Part shown: positions 29,512 to 45,215 of the stretch, one piece after another
How positions within the stretch are numbered: position 1 is the stretch's first letter
Layout: the number at the start of each line of letters is the position of its first letter
NCBI GenBank assembly: GCA_037129925.1
Contig: JBAXTZ010000008.1
Coordinates: 1,772-65,771, forward strand
DNA length: 64,000 nt
From: Bacillota bacterium
GTDB lineage: Bacteria; Bacillota; Negativicutes; JBAXTZ01
Direction: 5' to 3'
Position numbers and translations under genes: made by a program
The notes under the pieces: generated by a model
The model's database searches: none
Seen by the model: only the letters and a program-made list of their open reading frames with translations
What the model was told of the DNA's origin: nothing

Positions 29512-29517
29512 CTTTTA

Positions 29518-31595
<2,078 letters not shown>

Positions 31596-31635
31596 TAATG
31601 TCTCCTATATCTTCTTAATAAACTTTAAAATAATT

Positions 31636-33306
31636 TTACATCCGCTCGGGCGCTGATACTCCCAGTATCGCACAATTATGTCTGATTAGATTTTGCGCAG
31701 AAATAATCAAAATAATTCGTGCGTTTCGTATCTCAGCCGAATCAGCGCCAATAATTCTGCATTGATTATAAAACACATGGAATAAACTGGCAAGTTCAAA
31801 AGCATACCGAGCAATAATATGCGGCGCTCGCATGCGCGCGGCGTATTGAATTTCTTGCGGATATTGTGCCATTTTCTTGATCAAATCATGTTCACATTCG
31901 CTACCCAACAAAGTCAAATCAACATCTTCAATCAACGGTAATTCAATTCCAGCCTCGGTTAACTGCCGCAAAACACTACAAATACGCGCATGAGCATACT
32001 GAATATAAAACACCGGATTATCACTCGATTTTGAAACAGCTAAATCAACATCAAAATCTAGCTGACTGTCAGTCGAGCGCATTACAAAAAAATACCGCGC
32101 AGCATCTTTACCAACCTCATCAATGAGTTCTAACAAAGTTACATTCTTGCCAGTTCGCTTGGACAGTTTAATCATTTCGCCGCCGCGAAATAGTCTGACC
32201 ATCTGTAGCAAAATTATTTCCAGCCGCTCCGGGTCATAACCAATCGCAGCTACTGCAGCTTTCATCCGGGCGACATAGCCGTGATGATCGGCGCCGAGAA
32301 TGTCGATAACACGCGCAAATCCACGTTGGAACTTGTTGTTGTGATAAGCAATATCCGGCGTTAGATACGTCGGCATGCCATTTGAGCGCACCAACACCCG
32401 ATCTTTGTCATCGCCATATTTCGTTGAGCGTAACCACATTGCTCCGTCAGAAAAATAGGTTTTATCTTCCAAGCGTTTCAATTGTTCGATAGTTGCATTT
32501 ACCTCGTTAGCTTCATGCAACATTTTCTCACTGAACCAAACATCAAAAGTCACGCCAAACTTTTCGAGGTCTTCTTTCAGCAACATTAGCTTCTCTTGAT
32601 AAGCCAATTCCTTAAATACTTGCAACCGCTCAGCTTCGTCGTACTTTAAGTATTTATCTCCATCACGTTCGATGATTCGCTGTGCGGTGCCAACAATATC
32701 TTCACCATGATAGCCGTCTTCGGGGAATTTAGCGGAAATTCCTAACAATTGCAAATAGCGGACATTTACCGATATTGCTAGATTGTCAATCTGATTTCCG
32801 GCATCGTTTACATAATGTTCAGAAGCAACATCGTACCCGGCTGCTTTCATAATATTTACCAATACGCTGCCGACAGCCGCACCTCGTCCGTGACCGACAT
32901 GCAGCGGACCTGTTGGATTTGCGCTGACATATTCTATTTGTACGCGTTCTTTGCTGTTGTGTGGAGCATTTCCAAATTCAGTGCCTTCAATAAATACCGT
33001 CCGCAATAAATCGTATATCCAATCACTATTCAAAAATAGATTGATAAATCCTGGACCGGCAACTTCAATTTTTCTAATCAACGGATGGTGAATTTCAACA
33101 ATTATCTTGGCTGCCAATTCGCGCGGATTTATCTTGAAGGTCTTGGCCAACTGCATAGCAACATTGACAGAGTAATCGCCAAATTGTTTTTGCGGTGGCT
33201 CGGTCAGTTCAATTTTCGGCATCGGAAATTCCGAAATATCTAGTTTTGCAGCGACTGTTTCAACAGCTACAATTATTATTCCCGATAATTTTGTTGTAAT
33301 ATCCAT
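31636..33306 (-). CDS. argS: arginine--tRNA ligase
   Basis: The 556-aa class I aaRS has the HIGH-type motif (PTGPLHVGHGR) and a KMSK-like motif (KLSKRTG). Confidence 0.95.
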   Translation of the reverse strand: MDITTKLSGIIIVAVETVAAKLDISEFPMPKIELTEPPQKQFGDYSVNVAMQLAKTFKINPRELAAKIIVEIHHPLIRKIEVAGPGFINLFLNSDWIYDLLRTVFIEGTEFGNAPHNSKERVQIEYVSANPTGPLHVGHGRGAAVGSVLVNIMKAAGYDVASEHYVNDAGNQIDNLAISVNVRYLQLLGISAKFPEDGYHGEDIVGTAQRIIERDGDKYLKYDEAERLQVFKELAYQEKLMLLKEDLEKFGVTFDVWFSEKMLHEANEVNATIEQLKRLEDKTYFSDGAMWLRSTKYGDDKDRVLVRSNGMPTYLTPDIAYHNNKFQRGFARVIDILGADHHGYVARMKAAVAAIGYDPERLEIILLQMVRLFRGGEMIKLSKRTGKNVTLLELIDEVGKDAARYFFVMRSTDSQLDFDVDLAVSKSSDNPVFYIQYAHARICSVLRQLTEAGIELPLIEDVDLTLLGSECEHDLIKKMAQYPQEIQYAARMRAPHIIARYAFELASLFHVFYNQCRIIGADSAEIRNARIILIISAQNLIRHNCAILGVSAPERM

Positions 33307-33325
33307 TCTCTCTCCTAGAATTTCG

Positions 33326-34735
33326 TCAAATTGCCCGGGTATCTGGCATTTGGAAATCCGGTAAATCTTCCAGATGCCGCTCAGCGTCGACTTTTGCTTG
33401 TTTGGATTTCAACGAACGAATCTCCCGCCAAACCATCAAACTAGTAATTACCGTTGATGTCATATCAGCAACCGGTCCAGCCAACCAGACTCCGTCAAGT
33501 CCGTACAGTAGCGGCATTGTCAACAGCGCCGGAATCAAAATAATAACTTGCCGTGAAAGCGTCAATACGCTACTAAGTTTGGGTTTTCCGATAGCTTGAA
33601 AAAACATTGAAGAAATTATCTGATAGCCAATAAACGGCATAAAAAACAGATTGAGTACCAAACCATGCGCCCCTTCTTTGATCAATAACGGATCACTACA
33701 AAAAACGGCGACCATCTGCTCCGGAATAAGACGGGTCATAGCAAAACCAATTGTGGCGATGATAACCGCTAACACGATGGCTTTTCGCAAAGTTTCGTAA
33801 ACCCGATGAAAATTACGCGCTCCATAGTTATAACCCAAAATAGGCTGCGCACCTTGGTTTACGCCAAAAATCGGCATGAAAAACAACATTGCAATCCGAT
33901 TTACAACGCCGCCGGCCGCGACCGCAGTATCGCCGCCATATTTCAATAGCGCGCCGTTATAAATCACTACTACTACACCGGCAGCTGTCTGAATAAGGAA
34001 TTGCGGCATTCCATTTACGAGAATTGCCCGAACATAATTATACGACAATCGCAAATAATCGCCGCGCAATTTCAACACGCTCTTCTTGGATCTAAAATAG
34101 AAAATTCCGATTAACATCGTGGAAAACTGCGCTACTACCGTAGCCAGCGCCGACCCTTGTATTCCCAGACCGAAATAGACGATAAACAGCGGGTTTAGGC
34201 AAGCGTTGATGATCGCTGATGCTAACATAACTACCATCGACATCCGCGGGTTTCCCTCGCCGCGCATAAATGAGTTTAAGCCCCAACCGACAAACATAAA
34301 TACTGAGCCAAACATAATTGTATAAGTAAAATCATAGCTATAGGCAATCACTGCAGCCTCAGCGCCCATAGCGCTTAATATTGGCGTCAAAAAGGCTACC
34401 GTTACTATGTTTACAACCACTCCGACTATTACCGACAATAGCACTGCGCAGTTCATGATGCGCTCGGCTTCATCGTTGCGCTTTTCGCCCATGCGAATCG
34501 ATATCAAAGTCAGCCCGCCAATGGCAATCATAAAACCAACTGCCATCTGCACAATCATTACCGGCATTGCAAACGAAACCGCCGTCAGACCAATTTGTCC
34601 AACGTAATTGCCGACAAAAAAACTGTCTACGACGTTATACAACGCATTGACCAGCATTCCAATGACTGACGGCACAGAAAACTTTATCAATAGTTTGGTG
34701 ATTTTTTCTCGTCCAAGTAGTTTTGCTCTATCCAT
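33326..34735 (-). CDS. MATE-family multidrug/oligosaccharide efflux transporter
   Basis: The product has 12 predicted TM segments typical of MATE. Start taken at the ATG at 34735 (MDRAKLLGREKITKLLIKFSVPS). Confidence 0.85.
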   Translation of the reverse strand: MDRAKLLGREKITKLLIKFSVPSVIGMLVNALYNVVDSFFVGNYVGQIGLTAVSFAMPVMIVQMAVGFMIAIGGLTLISIRMGEKRNDEAERIMNCAVLLSVIVGVVVNIVTVAFLTPILSAMGAEAAVIAYSYDFTYTIMFGSVFMFVGWGLNSFMRGEGNPRMSMVVMLASAIINACLNPLFIVYFGLGIQGSALATVVAQFSTMLIGIFYFRSKKSVLKLRGDYLRLSYNYVRAILVNGMPQFLIQTAAGVVVVIYNGALLKYGGDTAVAAGGVVNRIAMLFFMPIFGVNQGAQPILGYNYGARNFHRVYETLRKAIVLAVIIATIGFAMTRLIPEQMVAVFCSDPLLIKEGAHGLVLNLFFMPFIGYQIISSMFFQAIGKPKLSSVLTLSRQVIILIPALLTMPLLYGLDGVWLAGPVADMTSTVITSLMVWREIRSLKSKQAKVDAERHLEDLPDFQMPDTRAI

Positions 34736-34749
34736 AACTTTTTCCCTCT

Positions 34750-34790
34750 TGAAAACAAATAACAGCACAGCCCCGATACCGGCGCTGTGC
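34750..34790 (-). terminator. candidate intrinsic terminator downstream of CHASE4-like gene pair
   Basis: The imperfect hairpin GCACAGCcccgataccggcGCTGTGC is followed by UGUUAUUUGUUUUC on the minus strand. Confidence 0.4.
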
Positions 34791-34809
34791 GCTCAAAAAA
34801 CATTCCGAA

Positions 34810-35721
34810 TCAATGTCCAATATACCAGCTTAAAACTTTGTTCATATACAGTAAAACGCACAACGGTAAAACAATCGTCACGATAACCAAAACAACTACA
34901 ACCCTGTCTCTCATTACATTAATATATTCGCGCAAATTTTTCTCAAAAATCATTTTGGCACCCATTACCGGGTTGTTAAATATATCCCTGATTAATAAAT
35001 AACCTTCGACTAACCCGCGGTCAGATGGAGGAACAATTAATTCGCTTGCACCAACTTTTAATGAAATATCTTTACTGGCGCTCTGCGCAAGTTGTGTAAA
35101 TGAAATGTCCGTAGCTTCCATTTTTACATATTTCAAAGAATCCAGACTACCCAAAAAATTCCCGGAAATATACGACGCAAATATCAACCAACCTGGTGAA
35201 TCGCTGGCACCATTAGTCCGCGCTATCGGACTGACAGCGATGATCATGCTGCCTCCGGCAGCTTTGATAATTCCATTTAACGTGCCAGCGGAGCTGGCAT
35301 AGGCCTTGATAGCACGCGGAGTGAGCATGCTGGCTAGCTCGCTGGGTATTGCTATGTCTTTTCCGGCAACATAGTCATAACCACGCGAAAACGTAATCTG
35401 TCCGTCATTTTTCAAAAAAACGATGAAGTTAATTTTGTTAGTCCGAAACATATTAGTATCAAGATTTGAATTGATATATTCGCCGGTAGGCTTACTCATG
35501 AAATTGTATGATTCATCCCAAATTGACCAATCCTGCGCGCGCACCAGCAATTCTTTTTGTTTCTCGTCAATTGCCGCGCTAATATAGCCCATCTCTTGTT
35601 TGAGCGCCACCATTTCTAAATTGTAAGCATAATAATTCATTATCATAACGACGCTCGCAGTAGTGGCTGTCATCATGAAAAAAACTACCAGCGCCATCCA
35701 AATCAAAAATGTTCGTTTCAT
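34810..35721 (-). CDS. stand-alone CHASE4-like periplasmic sensor-domain membrane protein (paralog 2)
   Basis: The topology is an N-terminal TM helix, a roughly 250-aa extracytoplasmic domain, a C-terminal TM helix, then a stop. It has the conserved segment QDWSIWDESYNF, which I associate with CHASE4 domains. There is no GGDEF, EAL, kinase or other output domain. Start taken at the ATG at 35721 (MKRTFLIWMALVV). Confidence 0.55.
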   Translation of the reverse strand: MKRTFLIWMALVVFFMMTATTASVVMIMNYYAYNLEMVALKQEMGYISAAIDEKQKELLVRAQDWSIWDESYNFMSKPTGEYINSNLDTNMFRTNKINFIVFLKNDGQITFSRGYDYVAGKDIAIPSELASMLTPRAIKAYASSAGTLNGIIKAAGGSMIIAVSPIARTNGASDSPGWLIFASYISGNFLGSLDSLKYVKMEATDISFTQLAQSASKDISLKVGASELIVPPSDRGLVEGYLLIRDIFNNPVMGAKMIFEKNLREYINVMRDRVVVVLVIVTIVLPLCVLLYMNKVLSWYIGH

Positions 35722-35731
35722 AACACCATCA

Positions 35732-36634
35732 CTATTCTTCGATATATTTAAACAGGTTGCCAACAACGAAATAAAAACCGCTAATTAATAAAATAACAAC
35801 AATCAAAGTAATTCCCAATGCATAAATCATGTATTGATTTTGATTTTGCATAACCGAGCGCGGCAAATCAATACGCAGTCCGGAAATCGGATTTTTGCTG
35901 ATATCTTTCAACAAAAATAAACCACTTACACTACTATCGCTATTATATTTGATTGCAACATCAGTACCATCATCAAGTTTAACACTTATGCCCGCATCTT
36001 TGGCTAAATCAAAAAAGTCGCGAGAATCTAAAGACGTATGCGTATTCTTGATCTGATTAAGAACTTTGAAGTAGTTTTCATCTATATCTGCTGCAAAAAC
36101 TACCCAGCCATTTGATATTGCCCGCTTGTTATTAGTATTTACCGGAACGGCTGCTATCGCCAATACTTTGTCAGCGATTTTGACATAACCAGAGACAACG
36201 CCCGAGCTATCGGCAAATGTTTCTAAAACTTTAGGTGATAACTTCTTAATCAAATCATTAGGCACTGAAATAGTCTGTTTGCTTAGTAAATCATAGCCAG
36301 AAGCTGTCAAAATGCGTCCATCTTTCGAAAGACAAATTATATAATTAACCCCGACGTTGATAAAAGTATTCTCGTGAAAGTTGTTCACAAAGCTGGGATT
36401 TTTGCCTTGAAGATAATAATACATATCATCCCAAATTGCCCAATCCTTGGTTTTGTTAACAAAGTCCTGTTGCTTTGTCAGCAACAAGCTGTCAAACATC
36501 TCTAATTGTTGCTTCAAAACTACGCGCTCAAGTGACACTAGCATTTGTTTAAGTAAAAAAGTACTCGAAAAAGCCAATATCGCCGCGATGATTACTAATA
36601 AAATTAAATACTTTACATAGATTCTCCGCTTCAT
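35732..36634 (-). CDS. stand-alone CHASE4-like periplasmic sensor-domain membrane protein (paralog 1)
   Basis: The 300-aa product has the same TM, 250-aa domain, TM architecture as paralog 2. Its conserved segment is KDWAIWDDMYYY, and the paralogs are alignable over the full length. There is no output domain. Confidence 0.55.
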   Translation of the reverse strand: MKRRIYVKYLILLVIIAAILAFSSTFLLKQMLVSLERVVLKQQLEMFDSLLLTKQQDFVNKTKDWAIWDDMYYYLQGKNPSFVNNFHENTFINVGVNYIICLSKDGRILTASGYDLLSKQTISVPNDLIKKLSPKVLETFADSSGVVSGYVKIADKVLAIAAVPVNTNNKRAISNGWVVFAADIDENYFKVLNQIKNTHTSLDSRDFFDLAKDAGISVKLDDGTDVAIKYNSDSSVSGLFLLKDISKNPISGLRIDLPRSVMQNQNQYMIYALGITLIVVILLISGFYFVVGNLFKYIEE

Positions 36635-36646
36635 GTCACCTCCGTT

Positions 36647-37915
36647 TTAGTCTTCGAAGTGTTCACGGCTAATCTGAGCGCCAACGTTACGCAATTTATT
36701 TACCAGTCGGTCATAGCCGCGGTCAATATGATGAATATTTCCGACAGAAGTTTCTCCGGTCGCTGCTAATCCTGCCAAAATCATTGCCGCCCCAGCTCGC
36801 AAATCGGTGGCTTTAACTGAGCAACCGGTGAGTTCTTTTACGCCGGTTGTATACGCGCTATGTCCTTCAATATGAACATTGGCGCCCATACGCTTAAATT
36901 CGTCTACATGCATAAAGCGATTTTCGAAAACAGTCTCGGTAACACAACTCTTTCCCTCAGCCAACGTCATGAGCGCCATGAACTGTGCCTGCATATCAGT
37001 TGGAAATCCCGGATAAGGCAAAGTCGTGACATCGACTGCCCGATAACTATCTGCACCGGTCACGGTTACACCAAAGACATCTTCTTCAATCCGAACTCCA
37101 GCTTCACGTAGTTTGGCAATTACCGGTACTAAATGCTCGCACAACACGTTTTCCAACCGCAGCTGACCGCGGGTAATGGCGGCGGCAATCATATAGGTTC
37201 CTGCCTCAATCCGGTCAGGGATAATAGTGTGATTTGTTCCGTGAAGCTTAGTAACCCCGTCGATACGGATAACATTAGTTCCTGCGCCACGAACACGCGC
37301 GCCCATTGTGTTTAAGCAGTTCGCAAGGTCGACAATTTCCGGTTCCTTGGCAGCGTTTTCAATAAGAGTAGTACCGCTCGCCAAAGTTGCAGCCATCATG
37401 ATGTTTTCTGTAGCGCCAACGCTTGGGAAATCTAAATAAATATTATTGCCAGTCAAACCGTTTGGCGCAACTGCCTCAATAGTTCCGTAGTCCAGAGTAA
37501 TCTTCGCGCCAAGCGCTTCAAATCCCTTCAGGTGTAAATCCATCGGACGGCTACCGATCGCACAGCCGCCGGGCAAAGCTATTCTGCACCGCCCGAATCG
37601 GGCGAGCAGTGGCCCTAATATTAAATTGGAAGCCCGCATTTTTCGAACCAGTTCATAAGGCGCTTCCAAACTGCTGATTTTCGAGCTGTCAATTGTTAGT
37701 GTTTCACGCTCAACATCAAAATGTACCGGCGCTCCCAGATGACGAATGACATCCGAAATCGTATTTACATCGCACAGATTAGCAACTTCTTCCAAAACAC
37801 TCGGTGTTTCTCCTAACAAAACAGCCGGTATTATTGTCAGAACTGCGTTTTTGGCGCCGCTGATTTTTATCGTCCCATTTAGCGGCGTTCCGCCACGAAT
37901 GATTAGCTTTTCCAA
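36647..37915 (-). CDS. murA: UDP-N-acetylglucosamine 1-carboxyvinyltransferase
   Basis: The 422-aa product has the active-site Cys loop [15 protein letters not shown]. Confidence 0.95.
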   Translation of the reverse strand: MEKLIIRGGTPLNGTIKISGAKNAVLTIIPAVLLGETPSVLEEVANLCDVNTISDVIRHLGAPVHFDVERETLTIDSSKISSLEAPYELVRKMRASNLILGPLLARFGRCRIALPGGCAIGSRPMDLHLKGFEALGAKITLDYGTIEAVAPNGLTGNNIYLDFPSVGATENIMMAATLASGTTLIENAAKEPEIVDLANCLNTMGARVRGAGTNVIRIDGVTKLHGTNHTIIPDRIEAGTYMIAAAITRGQLRLENVLCEHLVPVIAKLREAGVRIEEDVFGVTVTGADSYRAVDVTTLPYPGFPTDMQAQFMALMTLAEGKSCVTETVFENRFMHVDEFKRMGANVHIEGHSAYTTGVKELTGCSVKATDLRAGAAMILAGLAATGETSVGNIHHIDRGYDRLVNKLRNVGAQISREHFED

Positions 37916-37980
37916 CTATACCCTCCTAAGTCCAAGTAAGTAGGGATATTACCATCATAGTTTAACCTAACAAGTGTAAT

Positions 37981-38022
37981 TTTTCAAACAAAATATCCGT
38001 CCGCATAGAAAACGGACGGATA
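37981..38022 (-). terminator. intrinsic terminator of the atp operon (after atpC)
   Basis: The hairpin ATATCCGTCCGcatagaaaaCGGACGGATAT is followed by UUUGUUUG on the minus strand. Confidence 0.65.
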
Positions 38023-38030
38023 TGATTTAA

Positions 38031-38438
38031 TTAGTGTTTTGCCGTTACAATGCTTAGCCGTACTTGAGCTCGTTTGCGTGCATGGCGCCAAATTTCAATT
38101 TCGCGTTCATCAGTTGTTTTCTCAAGTTCCGCTTCGGCCTTTGCCAACGCTCTCTTTGATCTGCCAACATCGACATTCTCTGCTAATTCAGCTGTTGCAG
38201 TCATAATAACTATTTTACCATCACTGACATTCATTATTCCGCCACTAATAGCCATTTTGTGTTCACCTTCAGACGTTAGTATACGCAATGACCAAATGTC
38301 CAACGCGGCTACCAACGGTACATGACCGGGTAATATTCCGACATCGCCATCCAATGCCCGAGCAATAACCATATTAACATCACCGGAAAAAGCCGAACGC
38401 GACGGAGTAATTACATCTAATCTAATTGTACTGGCCAT
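38031..38438 (-). CDS. atpC: F1 ATP synthase epsilon subunit
   Basis: The 135-aa product is the last gene of the atp operon. Confidence 0.9.
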   Translation of the reverse strand: MASTIRLDVITPSRSAFSGDVNMVIARALDGDVGILPGHVPLVAALDIWSLRILTSEGEHKMAISGGIMNVSDGKIVIMTATAELAENVDVGRSKRALAKAEAELEKTTDEREIEIWRHARKRAQVRLSIVTAKH

Positions 38439-38441
38439 TGA

Positions 38442-40903
<2,462 letters not shown>

Positions 40904-40909
40904 GATTCA

Positions 40910-42454
<1,545 letters not shown>

Positions 42455-42480
42455 TTATCACCTCTTCAGGCCCCTGCCTG

Positions 42481-43041
42481 TTATTTTCCATTTAACAATG
42501 TTTTGATGTTCTCCAAGCGGCGTTTAATGGTTCCATCATAACACACATCATCAACGCGCAATGAAAAGCCGCCAATAATTGAAACATCAACAACTTGCTC
42601 AATTATCGACGTTTTTCCGGTTAACTGTTTAATGCGGTCAGCAATCACTGCCACGGCGGAATCTGCCAATCGCTCAGCAGTAATAAGTTGACCAACTAAA
42701 AGATTTCGCTCGTCGTTTGCATAGGCTTTGTAAAGTCGGACTATATCATAAATGCAGTCTTCACGCCGCTTTTCAGCAAGAACTTTTAAAAACGATACAA
42801 ATATATTCGAGCAGTTTTTAGAAAATATTGCTTCAAATACATTGATTTTGGTCTTTACCGAAATTCCGGGATTAAAAAACATCGCCGCAAAATCCTTATC
42901 AGCTGAGAAAATTTCAGCTAAAGCCATTAACTCTTTTTCGACAGTATCAAGCAAACCTTTTTCCTTCGCAGCCGCACAAAGAGCTCGGGCATATTTCGGC
43001 GAAACTTGGTTAGTTGACATTTTACTCACCTGCCGAATCAA
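42481..43041 (-). CDS. atpH: F1 ATP synthase delta subunit (OSCP)
   Basis: The 186-aa product sits between atpF and atpA. Confidence 0.85.
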   Translation of the reverse strand: MIRQVSKMSTNQVSPKYARALCAAAKEKGLLDTVEKELMALAEIFSADKDFAAMFFNPGISVKTKINVFEAIFSKNCSNIFVSFLKVLAEKRREDCIYDIVRLYKAYANDERNLLVGQLITAERLADSAVAVIADRIKQLTGKTSIIEQVVDVSIIGGFSLRVDDVCYDGTIKRRLENIKTLLNGK

Positions 43042-43516
43042 AATTAAGCTTGCTTACATAATCATTGATCATGCGCTCATTATCGGCAACATTGATTTCG
43101 CGCCCTAGTACTTTTGCCGCGCAATCAATGCTTAAGCTGACGATTTGCGAACGAACTTCCAAAAACATTTTTTCGCGTTCGCGGGCGATTTCTTCTTGAA
43201 CCTGTTTTAGAAGTTTTGCATTTTCCGACCTGGTAATGTTTAATACATCGTCCTTGGCGGATTCTGCCTGTTGCACAGCCTTATCCAAAATCTGTTGCGC
43301 TTGTTTACGGGCATCGTTTAGTTGACGCTGATAGTCACGTTTCAACTCCTCGGCCAAATTGCGATCTTTTTCAGCATTATCCAAATCATTGGCGATTTTG
43401 TCCGAACGCTCCTGCATCATTTTCATGATCGGCTTATATGCAATAAATGAAAGAATTACCACCATCAACAAAAAATTGATTATTTGCACGACAATCGTGC
43501 CGTTAATATCTAACAA
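43022..43516 (-). CDS. atpF: Fo ATP synthase subunit b
   Basis: The 164-aa product has an N-terminal TM helix and a long charged coiled coil. Confidence 0.85.
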   Translation of the reverse strand: MLDINGTIVVQIINFLLMVVILSFIAYKPIMKMMQERSDKIANDLDNAEKDRNLAEELKRDYQRQLNDARKQAQQILDKAVQQAESAKDDVLNITRSENAKLLKQVQEEIAREREKMFLEVRSQIVSLSIDCAAKVLGREINVADNERMINDYVSKLNFDSAGE

Positions 43517-43558
43517 AGTTTCCCCCCCTTTGCTTGGTTTGGGATTATGAACAGAAAA

Positions 43559-43825
<267 letters not shown>

Positions 43826-43868
43826 CTAAATAATAATTATATGCTTGTCCGTCAATGACGGTCAAAAC

Positions 43869-44576
43869 CTAGTGAACGTCTTCTGCGAAAGACTCCGACA
43901 AATAAGATATTGTAAGCAAAGTAAATACAAACGCTTGAACTCCGGCAACAAACAAGCTAAACATCATCCAGACAATCGTTGGCACCGGGAACCAAGTAGG
44001 TAGAATTAAGTTCAAAACTATCAACAACACGTCACCAGCGAGAATATTACCAAATAGACGCAAGGCAAGTGTCATGGGCTTTGCCACAGTTTCAATAATG
44101 TTTATCGGAAAAAAGAACACGAACGGTTTGAAATAATGCTTGAAATAATTTCCCAGCCCATGCTTGAAAATCATCATCCCGTTCACAAAAATAAACACGA
44201 ACAACGCCAATCCCGCCGTGGTATTAATATCGCTTGTCGGCGCTTCTAATATCGGAATGGCGCTCATAAGGTTGCAAGATACAATAAAAAGAAATAAAGT
44301 CGCGACGTAGGGTAAAACGGATCGCCCTTTAGGTCCTAAAGAACCATCGACCAAACCGGCAATGAATTCCAGGAACGATTCAAAAAAATTCTGCGCGCCC
44401 CGTGGTTTGAGCTGAAGTTTTCTCGTTGCCATTATTGCAAAGATAATAACCAACACCATCGCAAACCAAGTAGTGACAATGGTATCCAGATTGAACGACA
44501 CATTACCAAAGTGCACTACATCATGCACTCCAATCTCATTTGGACTATAGTTAGTAAATAACCCTTTTTCAGCCAT
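43869..44576 (-). CDS. atpB: Fo ATP synthase subunit a
   Basis: The 235-aa product has the conserved Arg in LALRLFGNILAGD. Confidence 0.9.
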   Translation of the reverse strand: MAEKGLFTNYSPNEIGVHDVVHFGNVSFNLDTIVTTWFAMVLVIIFAIMATRKLQLKPRGAQNFFESFLEFIAGLVDGSLGPKGRSVLPYVATLFLFIVSCNLMSAIPILEAPTSDINTTAGLALFVFIFVNGMMIFKHGLGNYFKHYFKPFVFFFPINIIETVAKPMTLALRLFGNILAGDVLLIVLNLILPTWFPVPTIVWMMFSLFVAGVQAFVFTLLTISYLSESFAEDVH

Positions 44577-44579
44577 AAT

Positions 44580-44963
44580 TTACCTCCGAGTAAACTCCTT
44601 GAGTCCTTTTTTAATTAGTACAAGTGAATAAATCTTGTTGCCAATTGGTGTAACCATAATACCAAGTAATACAGCAAGCGGATCGAGTCCGCTCTTTATC
44701 AATACAGCGATTGCAATGAACATAAAAAACAGCCGTAATACCAATCCACGAACCATATAAGCTACGGATTTCTTTCCGGGCGCGACTTTGGCGATTCGAT
44801 TGCGCAACATCACAAAATACACCGCGCTCACTACACCACCTAAAAAAAACGCTAATAATCCTAACATTGAAAAAAAGTAGTACGCGATAATTGCAAACGC
44901 CACCGCAACGACCAAAGATGTACAAACAATTCCCCGGGCAACCGTTTCCTGTTCAAAAATCAC
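44580..44963 (-). CDS. atpI: ATP synthase protein I
   Basis: The product is about 127 aa from a GTG at 44963 (VIFEQETVARG...). It has four hydrophobic segments, the RBS AGAGG upstream, and a start abutting the atpZ stop. The upstream part of the track ORF, to 45194, overlaps atpZ in another frame and is not coding. Confidence 0.55.
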   Translation of the reverse strand: MIFEQETVARGIVCTSLVVAVAFAIIAYYFFSMLGLLAFFLGGVVSAVYFVMLRNRIAKVAPGKKSVAYMVRGLVLRLFFMFIAIAVLIKSGLDPLAVLLGIMVTPIGNKIYSLVLIKKGLKEFTRR

Positions 44964-45190
44964 GTTGTCATTAACCTCTTGTACACTGAATAAAGCGTAG
45001 CGACAAAACCTAACACAGCAAACACAATCGTGAATAGCGGCGAAGTGCACCACCATCCGTCGATGAACCAACCAAAAAACAATGACACAACTATCATAAC
45101 CGCTGACTGTACAGCTAAAGATGCTGCAAGACCATAGTCTACAATACTCTTCTTTTCCACGTTTTTGATTATAACACAGAATGTCAACAC
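44960..45190 (-). CDS. atpZ: AtpZ/AtpR-like small membrane protein (putative F0F1-ATPase-associated subunit)
   Basis: The 76-aa product has two TM helices and the motif GWFIDGWWCTSPLFTIVFAVLG, which resembles the AtpZ family. It is the first gene of the atp operon. Confidence 0.6.
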   Translation of the reverse strand: MLTFCVIIKNVEKKSIVDYGLAASLAVQSAVMIVVSLFFGWFIDGWWCTSPLFTIVFAVLGFVATLYSVYKRLMTT

Positions 45191-45215
45191 GCACTACAAA
45201 AACGCACGCATATAT

